Source of the DNA: Lentisphaeria bacterium
GTDB lineage: Bacteria; Verrucomicrobiota; Lentisphaeria; Oligosphaerales; CAITYL01
Length of the DNA stretch: 64,000 bases
Reading direction: 5' to 3'
Assembly: GCA_041651315.1 (NCBI GenBank)
Contig: JBAZJM010000003.1
Span: 1-64,000 of the forward strand
The notes below the pieces were generated by a model. It did no database searches. It worked only from the letters and a program-made list of their open reading frames with translations, and was not told the DNA's origin. Positions 52,764 to 64,000 of this stretch are shown in pieces; within the stretch, counting starts at the first letter, position 1, and each line of letters opens with the position of its first letter. The position numbers were made by a program, and so were the translations under genes.

Positions 52764-55700
52764 TCAATACCACAGACTTAAGTTCGATATTAAGATCGCG
52801 TGGTTGTGTATCATGGACATCGGGAGATAAGGGTAGAAATCTGCTACATATATTAAACCAGCACCAGGCCCAACAAATGACCCGGTGGAACCAGAATAAC
52901 CAGTTTCAGCTCCTATCACCCTAACTGTTCCATTATACTGAAAACCAGCTGGGATAGCTGTATCAATGTTTAAAGTAACATTGAACCTACCGTAATAACC
53001 ACCGGGATAAATAGTACTATTTCCAAGAAGAACTCCGGTAGTTTTAGATCCCCATGGATCAACATCTCTCATATTTAATTGATATGAGTCAGGACTAGAA
53101 TGATTCAAACCGATATAATTGTTAGTTACATCGAACAAACCACAGGCATCGTTCGATTTACGACTAAGTAAACAAACTCCAACTGAATAATCACCACTAC
53201 TTGCACTATTCCCACAATAAATAACGGTGCAATCTTCAACCTTAACGGGTCTGGTGAGATAGGAATCGATATAGATACCGTTATACTGACAACTATCTAT
53301 ATTGACACTTCTGATAGTGATGTCGTCACCATATGCCTCAATACCGAAAAGTAAGCCATTTTCTGAGAGAGATCCTGCAAAACGAGACCCTATGGAGCTA
53401 TTTTCAATAATAACTCCGCCAGTATTACCTTCATAAGCTGCATAGTAGGCAGCAGTTCTTGGCATACTAATGCCGCTGACAAAAGAACCTGGGGATGCAT
53501 ATAATTCAATATTAAGATCACTTATGTGACCTTTACTGATTAGATAATTTCTAGCTTCGATTAAAACAATTGCTCCAGATACCCATTGATCTATATCATT
53601 TATATTATGATAATAAACTCTTTCCATGTTGAAAGAATTTAACTCTTGGAACATTTCCCTTATGCAAATTCTGCTACCTGGTGGAGCAGATCCACCGCCA
53701 CCAGGAAACAGACGAGCATAAATACCATCAACATCTAGACTACCATATGAACAGAAGAAGAAATCACCATAGTTTGCCCAAGCTATCGGATGGACAACTT
53801 CAATATTTTTTACTTCAATATATTTCCCAGCTAAACAGAAAAGACCGCCCTTTCCTTCACCAGGACCACCATAGAGTCCACCAGTGTAGTTAGTAAACCA
53901 AGGAACCATGTTGGTTGTAGATGCTCCGTTTGTACTAAACCATGCATCAATTACAACATCTTCAACAGTTAGTTTACCTCCATAGACTGAATCAACTCCA
54001 ATCCCACCTATGGCAATAGCAGGAACAGCTACGGCATCGTGAGTGTTCCAGAATCCAACATAGAAACGTTTAATATCGAAGTTGTCGATCTTCATTGCAG
54101 GGTAACTAGAACCCTGAGTGTAATAATCTAGACCATTCCAACCTGTAGGTACGACATGAATGGCTACTGGTGATCCAGTACCATAATTGCTAGTATTCAG
54201 TCTACAATCATAGATGTGAACATTCTTAATTTCAGCACCGTAGTTAGCATAAGCATCACTACTCGGATTAAAAGATATTATGCCACATTGTGACTGTAGA
54301 TTACCAGATACATCGACATCAACTCTAGAAGTGTCGAAGTTACAATTTAAAAATTCGATGAGTTCGACATTGGCCGTACCCATGCTAGTATAATCATAAA
54401 TAGCTGTTACTGCCCCGTTAACTACTGAACTGAGATAGCATTCTTTAAATGAAATGATATTCGTGCTTTGATAGTGTGAATCATTAGTCCATATATCAAA
54501 TCCGATAGTTTGGAACCATGGACCAGGATATGCAATCGGCATACTCTGACCAATGAAACTGGTTTTATATGCACGAAATTCAACAATATTTGCACAGTAA
54601 ATGGAGCCAGCATTTATCCAGCAACCATTCATTTCTAAGATGCCGCCTTCTACCCGTATGAGATTCAGTGAAGCACCGATGTCATTGGTAATTGCAATAC
54701 CAGACATCTTCGTATACCCGTTGTTAGGGAGTGAGAGAGATTCATAATACCATTGATGGCTGATTAAAACAGGCGAGGCATTGGGATTCTCGTAGTACCC
54801 ATCAATAACTAGATCTGAAAGAAATGAGAAGTCAACAGTATAACTAGTTACATAATAGCCACTCTTAACTCTAATTGTTGCTACAGTCGCCCCTACAGCT
54901 TCTAAATAAGCTTGAGCTTTATGAAAAGCATCGGGTCCATTAAAGTCACCAAAAGTAGTAACACCATCACCAAGAACAATTTCATGCCGAGCATTTAATG
55001 TCCGCATGATGCTGTACGGACCAGCTTCTACGACGTTCCATACATAACGATCAGCTAGTGTCGGAGAACCATCAGTATGATTAGGATCGGCCGTAAGCGG
55101 TATATAACCCAGACCAGTACCACCACCAGTCGTACTATTTAAAGTATGTACATCAGCAAATTTTAAACCATCAGCTGAACTTAAAGGTCCTGGAGTTGTA
55201 TCCCAAGATACGAGAGCACCGCCGTTGTAAAGAGAAATATATCCAGGGGTATTCGGACCAAGAGATGCATATGGACCGGTATCCCTAGCTATTGAAGCAA
55301 TTAGATTACTATAAGAATAAGTACCGGTGCCACCAAGAAAATCAAATTGAGAATAAGTTGAATAACCAGTTGGATCTACGAAAAAATCCATGTACGAAAC
55401 TGGATATAATGCATTTCCTCCATACCCAGTACCTTCAAAACGGTTACTAACTATCGCAGAAACCATTTCATAAGGATACTTAAGGAATTGCTTAAATAAT
55501 GCACTTGATTGATCAATTACGCCTTGTAAATACTCTCTCGCAATAGACCCATCAGGACCAACAGTTACTGGTTTACCAACATCAAATAACCCACGAGATG
55601 GTGATACATAAATATTCCCACGAGATGTGTTAACAAATTTCAGATTCAATGAGGCTGTGGATTGATTTGAACCTGCAGATTTATCGAGAAATCTTTGAAC

Positions 55701-57176
55701 TTTTGAATCTCCGACAGGATCAATATCACCGAATTCCATGACCTCAGGAAAGATCATTTCAGCAGGATAGCTGTTTATATTGAAAACCTGTTGAAAAGGG
55801 ATAGTGACTAATTCTTCTTCTGAAGAATCGGAAGCCCCATAATAACCAGCATTTAGTCCAAGTTTGGCTAAAGTAGCAGAGGATCCATTAATTTGTAAGT
55901 ATGAACCAGTCCCTCTATACTGAGAAGTGATTCTTATTTCATCAGGACCATAAGGTTCCGCGATGAACGGTCCACGATACATACCAGGACGGAATCCAAT
56001 TTTCGATAGAACTCCACTGCTTAAGGAATCGTCAGCTAATTCTATCGATGAATGAAGTCCATCAGTATTGTGACTAGATAAACGAATTAGATTCTGATAG
56101 AAATTACTATAAGCCGAGGCTATAGGAGAACCGATAGCTGCGTTTATTGTAGTAACTACATCACCATTAGTAACTTCAGTCCCATTAAATATGACCCTAA
56201 TTTGAGGTCCACCATCAATTCTAATTATGAATGATTCACCTGAAGCAAAACTGAATGGACCAGAAATTGTTCCAATTATAAAAACATGCCCATCAGAAAG
56301 CCCGAGAGCACCTGCATAAAGAGCATTTATTGATTGAACAACCCAATCACGATTGTTTGGGTTCGGGCCAAAAAATCCGAAAGAAACGGAAAAATTAACG
56401 CCGTCAACATTTAGATCGACTTGATCAGATCCATCTAAAGTGGTGAATGAACTATTGAAAGTAACAACAGAAGCTCTGGTCGGGAGCTTCGCATAAGATC
56501 TAATACGATATCCGTAGTAACTATCATGCGTTAATCGTCCATGAACCGGAGTTCCACCAAGAATGGACGCGGCCCATGTAACTGATCCGGTATCATTACT
56601 GACCATTCGATAGTCAGTAACATCAGTAACGAGATGACGACCATCTTGTGTCGCGAGACGTACAAGGCCACCAAGACCGTCGGGAGTACGAGTAAGAATA
56701 CCTCTCGTCGGGCCCTTTAAACCAGTATATGTTCCTGCAACTAAACCGAGTTTAGCAAGAACACCGGGAGAGACATCAGATAAATTGATAGAAGAAGAAG
56801 CGCCTACCGTTATAGTTTGAAGGGAAAGAACACCTTCTTTATTGAGTGCAACATCAAAACCAAGAGTCGAGTTTATTCTTGAAGCTATTCTGGAAACTGT
56901 CGTATCAGTCCCAATGAAAGTTACTAAAACACTCGGAGCACCATCAATCGCTATTCTTATTGCATCACCAGCTAAGATAGGATATGGACTCTGAATACTA
57001 CTAGTAACATATGCCTGAACATCTTCTTCAGCTCCACCCGGAACGCCAGTAACAGCAATAGTATCGATTGAAGGGGTCGGAATGATCGAATCATTATAAC
57101 CCGGGTAAAGATCCGCAGTACCAAATGTGAATTTGGTGTTGACCGACTTAATCTGTTCTTTTCTTGGCTGAACCAT
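52764..57176 (-). CDS. giant structural protein (tail fiber / beta-helix-like, 1470 aa)
   Basis: 1470-aa ORF rich in Gly/Ser/Thr/Asn/Tyr repeats, typical of fiber or pectate-lyase-fold proteins. The call rests on composition and size alone. Confidence 0.5.
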   Translation of the reverse strand: MVQPRKEQIKSVNTKFTFGTADLYPGYNDSIIPTPSIDTIAVTGVPGGAEEDVQAYVTSSIQSPYPILAGDAIRIAIDGAPSVLVTFIGTDTTVSRIASRINSTLGFDVALNKEGVLSLQTITVGASSSINLSDVSPGVLAKLGLVAGTYTGLKGPTRGILTRTPDGLGGLVRLATQDGRHLVTDVTDYRMVSNDTGSVTWAASILGGTPVHGRLTHDSYYGYRIRSYAKLPTRASVVTFNSSFTTLDGSDQVDLNVDGVNFSVSFGFFGPNPNNRDWVVQSINALYAGALGLSDGHVFIIGTISGPFSFASGESFIIRIDGGPQIRVIFNGTEVTNGDVVTTINAAIGSPIASAYSNFYQNLIRLSSHNTDGLHSSIELADDSLSSGVLSKIGFRPGMYRGPFIAEPYGPDEIRITSQYRGTGSYLQINGSSATLAKLGLNAGYYGASDSSEEELVTIPFQQVFNINSYPAEMIFPEVMEFGDIDPVGDSKVQRFLDKSAGSNQSTASLNLKFVNTSRGNIYVSPSRGLFDVGKPVTVGPDGSIAREYLQGVIDQSSALFKQFLKYPYEMVSAIVSNRFEGTGYGGNALYPVSYMDFFVDPTGYSTYSQFDFLGGTGTYSYSNLIASIARDTGPYASLGPNTPGYISLYNGGALVSWDTTPGPLSSADGLKFADVHTLNSTTGGGTGLGYIPLTADPNHTDGSPTLADRYVWNVVEAGPYSIMRTLNARHEIVLGDGVTTFGDFNGPDAFHKAQAYLEAVGATVATIRVKSGYYVTSYTVDFSFLSDLVIDGYYENPNASPVLISHQWYYESLSLPNNGYTKMSGIAITNDIGASLNLIRVEGGILEMNGCWINAGSIYCANIVEFRAYKTSFIGQSMPIAYPGPWFQTIGFDIWTNDSHYQSTNIISFKECYLSSVVNGAVTAIYDYTSMGTANVELIEFLNCNFDTSRVDVDVSGNLQSQCGIISFNPSSDAYANYGAEIKNVHIYDCRLNTSNYGTGSPVAIHVVPTGWNGLDYYTQGSSYPAMKIDNFDIKRFYVGFWNTHDAVAVPAIAIGGIGVDSVYGGKLTVEDVVIDAWFSTNGASTTNMVPWFTNYTGGLYGGPGEGKGGLFCLAGKYIEVKNIEVVHPIAWANYGDFFFCSYGSLDVDGIYARLFPGGGGSAPPGSRICIREMFQELNSFNMERVYYHNINDIDQWVSGAIVLIEARNYLISKGHISDLNIELYASPGSFVSGISMPRTAAYYAAYEGNTGGVIIENSSIGSRFAGSLSENGLLFGIEAYGDDITIRSVNIDSCQYNGIYIDSYLTRPVKVEDCTVIYCGNSASSGDYSVGVCLLSRKSNDACGLFDVTNNYIGLNHSSPDSYQLNMRDVDPWGSKTTGVLLGNSTIYPGGYYGRFNVTLNIDTAIPAGFQYNGTVRVIGAETGYSGSTGSFVGPGAGLIYVADFYPYLPMSMIHNHAILISNLSLWY

Positions 57177-57225
57177 GATTTACATTTCCTGTTCAATCGA
57201 AACTGGAATAGATTTCTTCGGTCAC

Positions 57226-60200
57226 TTAGAGCAAAACATACCACACTTCAAGTGTGTCAGTAGTCAAAAGTGAGGGGTTTGAACCACTTACTATGTAAGT
57301 AAGATCTTTACCCGAAACACCACCAACTACATAATCAACGCCGTAGGTTAGCTTAACACCGCGAGCATAGGCTTGAACGGTAGTTGGATCTAATGGACGC
57401 GCTGATAGATTAAAAACAGTCTGTCCATCTGAAACGATTGGCAGGATTTCCTGCTTCACAGAAGTTTGATCAACATCACTTGATCCAAAATAGATTGGAT
57501 CATCATAAATATTGTTGACAAACAAAGGACGATCGTTTGGTTTTATAGAAGTATCGACAGATCCGCGCTTCTTCTCAAGTGGTCGACCCCAAATTCTATA
57601 ACGATCGACAGCGGTATAACCTTCATTCGTACCATTCGCCGAATGTTGAATATCTGTGTCTCGGAAATAAGCGGGAAGACCCTGTGTAACTATTACTAAT
57701 TGAAGTTCAGATCCGGAATGAACTTCAATGGAATTCACATTTTCTGGTTGCGATCTGACAAGGTAAGCCGTAGCAGCAAGAACTGAACCCGTTTCTGAAT
57801 TCGGTCTAGCCTTAGGCATACGAGACGCAATAACACCACCTGGCCATGGAGGAGTGACAGACCAAGCGGCACCACCACGTGCAGTCTTGAATTTTGTTAC
57901 GTCAGAGAAGCTTTGAGTACCATCAACTCGAACAATTGATTCTCCACCAGCACCATTGGTCCCGCTTGCTTGACCGCAAACAAATTCAACACCTTCCCAA
58001 GTAGAAGAACCAGCGGGTGTTGGATTTGTTGGTGCTTGATAAGGTGAGAATACTGTCGTTCCAAGTGAGATAGCACCAACATTGCTAGTACTTCTCGTTT
58101 GATATAACGTCTTTCCAATGAAATCCTTCTCTCGGAACCAAATTCCGAGAGGAAGTTGTGAAACACAACCCATGAACTCCGGGTTTACGTCACGGTCAAA
58201 AACTTCAGAGATAGCACCTCTCTTAATGGGAGGTCGAGCTGCCAATGAAGAAGGTAGAACTGGGAATTTAACAGTAGACCAGTCTTCGAATCCGACCCGA
58301 TTCAAAGAGAATCGCCGATTCAAATCAACAAGAGTGCCCGTATAATCCGGAGCAGAATTCGGATTTTGTATTGGAGTCAAAAGAGGGATCGGATTAGATC
58401 CTGAAAGTCTACCACTACCAAGAGATGTTATGAAGTTGACTGAAGCAAGAACTTCATATCCTGTCTTGTTCGGAAAAGCGAGAGTTTCAACAGGACCGAG
58501 AGGATTGGCCGAAATACTCTGAGCTTCAGAGATCGTGAGCGGGCCTAATCTCTGAACGTCATCAGAATAAGCTGACTGACTTCCGAATACGTCACCTTGA
58601 TATGGCTGACGACTATAATAAACAGTCAGTTCATTATTCGTTGCATTCAAAGAGAGAGGCGCGGGAGCTACAATACCGATCTTTTGATCTGAAGTGCCAG
58701 TAAAGGAATTGGGCAAAATCGGTAAAGATCCACCACCGGAAGTTCGTGCTACCAAAATACGACCATTGGTTTGTAAGAAACCACGATCGAATCCGAATAA
58801 GGTGCACTCAATGAGAAACTCTGAATTATCCCATGTAGTGCCTGCCGGAGCCTTTGAGAAATCAATCACATCCTTATTCAGGATGAATGTCACATCCCCG
58901 TTAGTATCGACGTCCAATAAGAATGTTGGACCATCGAAATCATCATGCATCAAATTCGTATCGGTACCAGCTCCACCAACGAAAACACGATCAGAGTTGA
59001 ATGGTGAAGAAGCTGGTTGTACTGGATATGGAGGACTACCCGATGTATTTCGTTTGTAAATCCCGGTAATACGAGCTGGACCATAGAATGGCGGGAACTG
59101 AATTCCCTTAAACGGACCACCATCAACACTTCTTAATTTCGTATTCGTGTATTTTCTACCGAAAACTGATGGAAGAGCTCCAGTTCCGTATGTTTCACCA
59201 ACAATCGGAGTTACAATGTAATAACCAGATCCACTCGGGTAACTAACAAGGTTTCTATTCCAATCAGAGGAATCGGATGCACCGAAAGGTCCTTCCTTCG
59301 ACATAAGAAGGAAGTTTATTCCTGAAGGGAATCTAGTAGTAGTGATAGGAACGATTGGGCAATGATGAAGGCCTGGTCTCGGTAAATACTCAATCGGTAT
59401 TTCAACGTATCGAGATAAAGCTCCCGTATAGAATAAGGTAAGAGGGTCAATCGTTGAATGAACCACGGACAAACCATCTTGAGATAACTGAGGCATCGAC
59501 CCTTGGAAGGTCGAAGCATTTGTCCAATTCAATTGACTACCATCTCTAACAAGAAGAGACGGAACTAGAATGTTCCTATATGGTGCTGCATAGACAGTTT
59601 TAGCACCAGGATCGATCATAACTTCTGAAGTTCTGGCAATCTCTCTATCATTCCCCGTTTGAACAAGCGGTGAGAATGGTAAATAAGTCGGAATCATTCG
59701 ACTACGATCAGAAAGACCAGATCGAAGAATCACCTTCGATGAATTGGTTGGATCACCACGATAGTGAACTTGATGTACATAGTCAGCTTTGTGAGAAAGA
59801 CCACGTCCTGCACCATAGACCACCGCAAAAGAGATGTGCATCGTAGTCTTCGATGCAAGATCTGCAGTTGCCGGAGAAGGAATGGCGTCAGTAAACTCTT
59901 GGAAGAGAGAATTGACAGCACCACTATTCAATGTGATCTCAAGATTCCCATTTGAATCAAGAGAGACTACTAAACCTTGTCCGTGCTTTAGGATTCGATA
60001 TCCAGAGATAGTTACAGAAGCCGGATTTGATGCAGATGGAGAGGTTGTAAATGGTTGATTACTTGGAACCCCACCATTTGGATCAGTTGTCATTCCTTCA
60101 AAATGAACTAAGACAGCATCTGGATCTTCTGACGGAAGAATGAATCGAACCTGATCAGCATCAGTTGCCGGTAACCCAGCTTGGAAAGTAGAAAGTCCAA

Positions 60201-61866
60201 TGGTGATTTTATCACCATTAAACCACCAAGGAACTGTTCCATTGAGACGGAAACCAGATGGATGAGATGGAGGCGTAGCCGTCCATTTAGCATCAATAGT
60301 GTATGGATTAACAGCAATCTGAATAGAAGAATTCAGGGCTGTCGCATTTGTCGGAACTTGAACAGGAACATCAAATCTCTCGGTTATGATTGCGTCAGAC
60401 CAAGCTCTTCTATTCCCATTCGGTCCATCAAGTCTCGATAAACCACCAACAAACACTGAACCATCAGTTATTCTATCGCCATAAAGCGTGACAACGCCAG
60501 CGGAGTTAGTCGATCCATAACGTTTCCAAGCAGTTCTAAGGTTGCCACGTAAAAGTTCTGTCAGATTCGTTTTAAGGATCGAATTATAATCGAATTTACT
60601 TGCCACTGAGTGGCGCATGTCCATGACATCAGTTTTAGTAATCTGATCGGCAAAAAGCCCATCTGGACGCACAGTATATGGAATAAGTTCAACACCAGCT
60701 GAGTGAGAACGGATGACAGTCAAGAGTTGACCTCTATCCATCGTCACTACGAATGCGTTTGGTGCAGTTTGAGTTACATTGCTAACTCGAATAATTTCAT
60801 CATCGATCTTAAAATATGCTTCACCGAATGAAGTGATTGTTGATAAAACTGTCCCGGTTACACTTGTTAATGTGAATTGAACATCAGTATTAGTAATATC
60901 ATTCGGGAGAATGATATCATTTATATAAGTCGTTGCACCAGAGCGTGTAGTAGCAGCGCTATTACGATTGAAAGCTCCAGCTAAATTACCGATATCTGAA
61001 AAACCGGAACCATTTCTGCGAAATACTGAAAGTAACGGAATAGCATAAACATACCCGTCAACTGTTCCGAGAACAGTTGGATCTCCATTACCGGCTCTCC
61101 AAAGACCGGGATCACCGAGTGCTTCTCTCATATTCTGGAAAGATAAAGCACTAGGTGCGGATAAAGCTCCTTGAGCAAATACTAAAGTTGGATCAAATCC
61201 TTCCGGATATTGAGCTAGATTGATGTCCGAGACAACTCGAATTCTGTACTGAATTTGAACTCGTTTAGTCGTTTCGTAATTAACATTCGGATCAATTAAT
61301 TCATCCGGTAAATACGAAAATCCACTTTCAACGTTTCCGAATCTATAAAGAAAACCGCGCTGTGGTTTACCAGGAGCTATTCCGGATGCTGGGTCAACAT
61401 CGATTCTCTGAAGCCAGACTTCAAGAAAAGCAAACTCTGCACGGTTTCCACCCGTTGATGTACTAGGCGGATTGAATTCAATCTTATTCCAAGAATCGGA
61501 ATTATCCGGAGATAGAGGAGGTTGGCCAGTTCTTGTTCCACTTACAGGAATCGCCCACCCATTCACAACAGCCCACTGCAAATCTCGAAGTTCTCCAGTA
61601 TATTTTTTACCGAAAAACAGGAAATTTGAATAAGTGGGGTCAGTCGTATAATCAGACATCGGGTTAGACTCATTCATGAGCCAACCTGACGATAATTGAG
61701 AACGAACTACCTCTGCCTTCGCATTAAGCTCCATGAGCGAGATAAGGTTCAGTTCTGAATCGAGAGGAGGTCTATTCCCTTGGAATACGACAACCGCAAA
61801 CTGACGATCTGTCGCAGAGACCACCCTTGAAACAATAGGGCCTAGAGGCTTGGAAGGCATCAGCAA
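57226..61866 (-). CDS. giant structural protein (1546 aa)
   Basis: 1546-aa ORF upstream of the fiber-like gene with similar composition. Confidence 0.5.
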   Translation of the reverse strand: MLMPSKPLGPIVSRVVSATDRQFAVVVFQGNRPPLDSELNLISLMELNAKAEVVRSQLSSGWLMNESNPMSDYTTDPTYSNFLFFGKKYTGELRDLQWAVVNGWAIPVSGTRTGQPPLSPDNSDSWNKIEFNPPSTSTGGNRAEFAFLEVWLQRIDVDPASGIAPGKPQRGFLYRFGNVESGFSYLPDELIDPNVNYETTKRVQIQYRIRVVSDINLAQYPEGFDPTLVFAQGALSAPSALSFQNMREALGDPGLWRAGNGDPTVLGTVDGYVYAIPLLSVFRRNGSGFSDIGNLAGAFNRNSAATTRSGATTYINDIILPNDITNTDVQFTLTSVTGTVLSTITSFGEAYFKIDDEIIRVSNVTQTAPNAFVVTMDRGQLLTVIRSHSAGVELIPYTVRPDGLFADQITKTDVMDMRHSVASKFDYNSILKTNLTELLRGNLRTAWKRYGSTNSAGVVTLYGDRITDGSVFVGGLSRLDGPNGNRRAWSDAIITERFDVPVQVPTNATALNSSIQIAVNPYTIDAKWTATPPSHPSGFRLNGTVPWWFNGDKITIGLSTFQAGLPATDADQVRFILPSEDPDAVLVHFEGMTTDPNGGVPSNQPFTTSPSASNPASVTISGYRILKHGQGLVVSLDSNGNLEITLNSGAVNSLFQEFTDAIPSPATADLASKTTMHISFAVVYGAGRGLSHKADYVHQVHYRGDPTNSSKVILRSGLSDRSRMIPTYLPFSPLVQTGNDREIARTSEVMIDPGAKTVYAAPYRNILVPSLLVRDGSQLNWTNASTFQGSMPQLSQDGLSVVHSTIDPLTLFYTGALSRYVEIPIEYLPRPGLHHCPIVPITTTRFPSGINFLLMSKEGPFGASDSSDWNRNLVSYPSGSGYYIVTPIVGETYGTGALPSVFGRKYTNTKLRSVDGGPFKGIQFPPFYGPARITGIYKRNTSGSPPYPVQPASSPFNSDRVFVGGAGTDTNLMHDDFDGPTFLLDVDTNGDVTFILNKDVIDFSKAPAGTTWDNSEFLIECTLFGFDRGFLQTNGRILVARTSGGGSLPILPNSFTGTSDQKIGIVAPAPLSLNATNNELTVYYSRQPYQGDVFGSQSAYSDDVQRLGPLTISEAQSISANPLGPVETLAFPNKTGYEVLASVNFITSLGSGRLSGSNPIPLLTPIQNPNSAPDYTGTLVDLNRRFSLNRVGFEDWSTVKFPVLPSSLAARPPIKRGAISEVFDRDVNPEFMGCVSQLPLGIWFREKDFIGKTLYQTRSTSNVGAISLGTTVFSPYQAPTNPTPAGSSTWEGVEFVCGQASGTNGAGGESIVRVDGTQSFSDVTKFKTARGGAAWSVTPPWPGGVIASRMPKARPNSETGSVLAATAYLVRSQPENVNSIEVHSGSELQLVIVTQGLPAYFRDTDIQHSANGTNEGYTAVDRYRIWGRPLEKKRGSVDTSIKPNDRPLFVNNIYDDPIYFGSSDVDQTSVKQEILPIVSDGQTVFNLSARPLDPTTVQAYARGVKLTYGVDYVVGGVSGKDLTYIVSGSNPSLLTTDTLEVWYVLL

Positions 61867-62049
61867 TCCTCTTTCATGAGAAATCCATCCCTCTTTGCGA
61901 ACCCTATTGCATTAAAATTAAATATGTTCTTCATGGGGCTCTCAGTATGAGTCCTCAAGAGGTAACTCGCTACCTAAAGAGTGAGATAATCCGACAAAAA
62001 ATCAGCATTAGCGGGTTACCGCCTTTGATGATCATACCGGACTTTCAAC

Positions 62050-62928
62050 TCAGGTCGGGAGTGAGACTACGGAATCGTGTAACAAAAGCCAATCCGATAA
62101 ATATTTCGATGTCGTAGAAATATTTTTAAATCGGAGTCTAATGTCACTACCCCCAAAAAGAGCTAAATCTAATCTTGAATCGGAAGTAGGGGAAGCCAGA
62201 TGAAGAGCCGCAACAGATGAAGCATTGTGAGCGACCCCATCATTCCGAGTTACGATTAGAGTATTGGAAAAAATGCCATCAACTTGCATCATCTCGTCAT
62301 CTATGACGATCATGAATGGAAATGAAGTTGGATAACCACCAGCATTCGCGACACCGAAACTAGTATCACCAGGACCAATCGGTCCGGACGTTACTAAAGA
62401 TTCATATCCTAAGATGAAAACTTCGAAATTACTTGGATTGAATGCAATGAAATCAGCGGCATTCACATCATAGTTGTATAGAAGTTGTGGTGGCTGCGGA
62501 GTGTCACTCGGATCTCCCGGATTAGAATAGAGAGTGAATCCATACCAATGAACAAAAATTGCTGAAGTATCAACAGGGATAATTATCGGATTTGTTAGAA
62601 CATACCCATTCGGAAGTATTTCAACTCGTTTACCGGGCCCAAATGAATAGTAAAGACATCTATTTAAATCGATTCCAGGGGATATAAGGAAATCGGCGGG
62701 TGAAATTAATTCATCATATACAGTATATGTAAGATTGACAGTTGCAGCTAATTGAGTTCTGAAAGCTCTCAATTTCTCATCGATCAAATCTTGAAATATT
62801 CCAGTTTTAGCCTTTACCGTAAGACCGTCTGGAACATCAACTAAATATCTCCCCGAGACAGAAAAACGAACAGGCTCTGCATGAGCACTTCTAACTGAGT
62901 TATCAGATCTATTAACCAAGAATTTCAT
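62050..62928 (-). CDS. putative structural protein
   Basis: 292-aa ORF whose ATG overlaps the upstream TAA (TAATGA). Confidence 0.4.
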   Translation of the reverse strand: MKFLVNRSDNSVRSAHAEPVRFSVSGRYLVDVPDGLTVKAKTGIFQDLIDEKLRAFRTQLAATVNLTYTVYDELISPADFLISPGIDLNRCLYYSFGPGKRVEILPNGYVLTNPIIIPVDTSAIFVHWYGFTLYSNPGDPSDTPQPPQLLYNYDVNAADFIAFNPSNFEVFILGYESLVTSGPIGPGDTSFGVANAGGYPTSFPFMIVIDDEMMQVDGIFSNTLIVTRNDGVAHNASSVAALHLASPTSDSRLDLALFGGSDIRLRFKNISTTSKYLSDWLLLHDSVVSLPT

Positions 62929-63659
62929 TAGTAATCAGACCTTCTTGGGTTCATCATGTTCCCGCGAATTCTAAATATCCCTGCTGCTGAATCGCTGGCA
63001 TCAGTAGTAAGGGTTATCTTATTGTTAACATCATACTCTATCCAAGCAGAGAAAACAACAAGAACAAGTGTTCCCTTACGACCAATACCACCAGGAAGAT
63101 TTATGAAATCTTCTTTCAATTCCATGATGGCTGGATAAGCAACTTTATGTCTACGTCCAAATGAAAGTTCTTGAGAGTAGACAACAGGAGAATATTTAGA
63201 AGGTAGAAGAGGATCTCTCGATTTTGGCCAGAAGTGCCGTCCTTCAGCATCAATCACATCATCAAGTGCACCTCTGTATAAAGTCACATCTCCAGGGTTT
63301 GGTGCATATGGAACTGAAACAGCTAGAGTGATGAATCCAGTGTTGATATCGAAATTTAAGAGATATACGTCTGCCGGGGCATCCAAACGTGCCTCTGGAT
63401 AATCAGGGATAGGAGTGGATCCGACCGGAATTTGAGCACCAGGAGATATAAATGGAAAACAGTCATCAGCGCTTCCAGGACCCGAAGCGATGATGTTCAT
63501 CATTTTTCCAAGAGCTCTCGGAGTCAAATTGAGAGTTTGGGATCCCGCTGGAGGAAGAAGACTCTGCATCGCTGCAGAGCGATAAAAGAAGTTATATGAA
63601 TTTGTTGATGAAGTTAGAGGGTATGGGGCACGATAAGCAACATAAATGATGTTTATCAT
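62928..63659 (-). CDS. putative structural protein
   Basis: 243-aa ORF in the same module. Confidence 0.4.
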   Translation of the reverse strand: MINIIYVAYRAPYPLTSSTNSYNFFYRSAAMQSLLPPAGSQTLNLTPRALGKMMNIIASGPGSADDCFPFISPGAQIPVGSTPIPDYPEARLDAPADVYLLNFDINTGFITLAVSVPYAPNPGDVTLYRGALDDVIDAEGRHFWPKSRDPLLPSKYSPVVYSQELSFGRRHKVAYPAIMELKEDFINLPGGIGRKGTLVLVVFSAWIEYDVNNKITLTTDASDSAAGIFRIRGNMMNPRRSDY

Positions 63660-63662
63660 TGC

Positions 63663-64000
63663 TCCTATTGGAACCGGACTTATCTCAACTCTTGTAAAAG
63701 CTGTGTTGAATGTGTAATTATCAGTTATATATGGATCACCGAAACCATCAGATATTTGAATAAAATCACCGGTAAGTCGTTCCGGAATGAGAACGTATGA
63801 AACTCCGGAGACTTCCCCATCAGCGTTAAATCCGAGAACGAGATTTAACGTTGAAAGATCTCCAACAACAGATCCGATTCCAACATAACCAACTGATGAA
63901 GTTATTCGTATATGATAATCCCCAGGAATAACTCCAGGGACTACCGTCGCAATTAAATTCAGAGACCAGAAAACAAATCCATTATTTAGGTCAAAAGCTA
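63663..64000 (-). CDS. hypothetical protein (partial, C-terminal part; begins beyond the window end)
   Basis: Minus-strand coding appears to continue to the right window edge. The frame was not verified. Confidence 0.2.

Overview
This window looks like part of a large (jumbo-phage-like) viral genome, and almost all coding is on the minus strand. Positions 1-12200 hold a dense minus-strand tRNA array of about 30 canonical tRNAs, several with odd features. Scattered through the array are two HNH endonucleases, a tandem family of five small paralogous ORFs, a dCMP deaminase, a DUF488-like protein and a radical SAM enzyme. Two loci inside the array (6454-6621 and 8025-8160) look like circularly permuted tRNA genes: the T-arm, 3' acceptor strand and CCA sit upstream of the 5' acceptor strand, D-arm, anticodon arm and variable arm. 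Both are flanked by leader/trailer inverted repeats and share a conserved leader motif. Downstream there are a prepilin-like protein, two J-domain proteins, three sigma-like factors, a Cys-X5-Arg phosphatase, an RRM protein, an 886-aa major-vault-protein homologue, a CUA-anticodon (amber-suppressor-like) tRNA next to a PTH2-like gene, a Dam methyltransferase, an AAA+ ATPase, a family-A DNA polymerase, DnaJ, a primase Zn-domain protein, a DnaB-like helicase, an SNF2 helicase, a CYTH protein, a SpoU methyltransferase and two giant structural proteins. tRNA coordinates and anticodons were folded by hand and are approximate (+/- a few nt).
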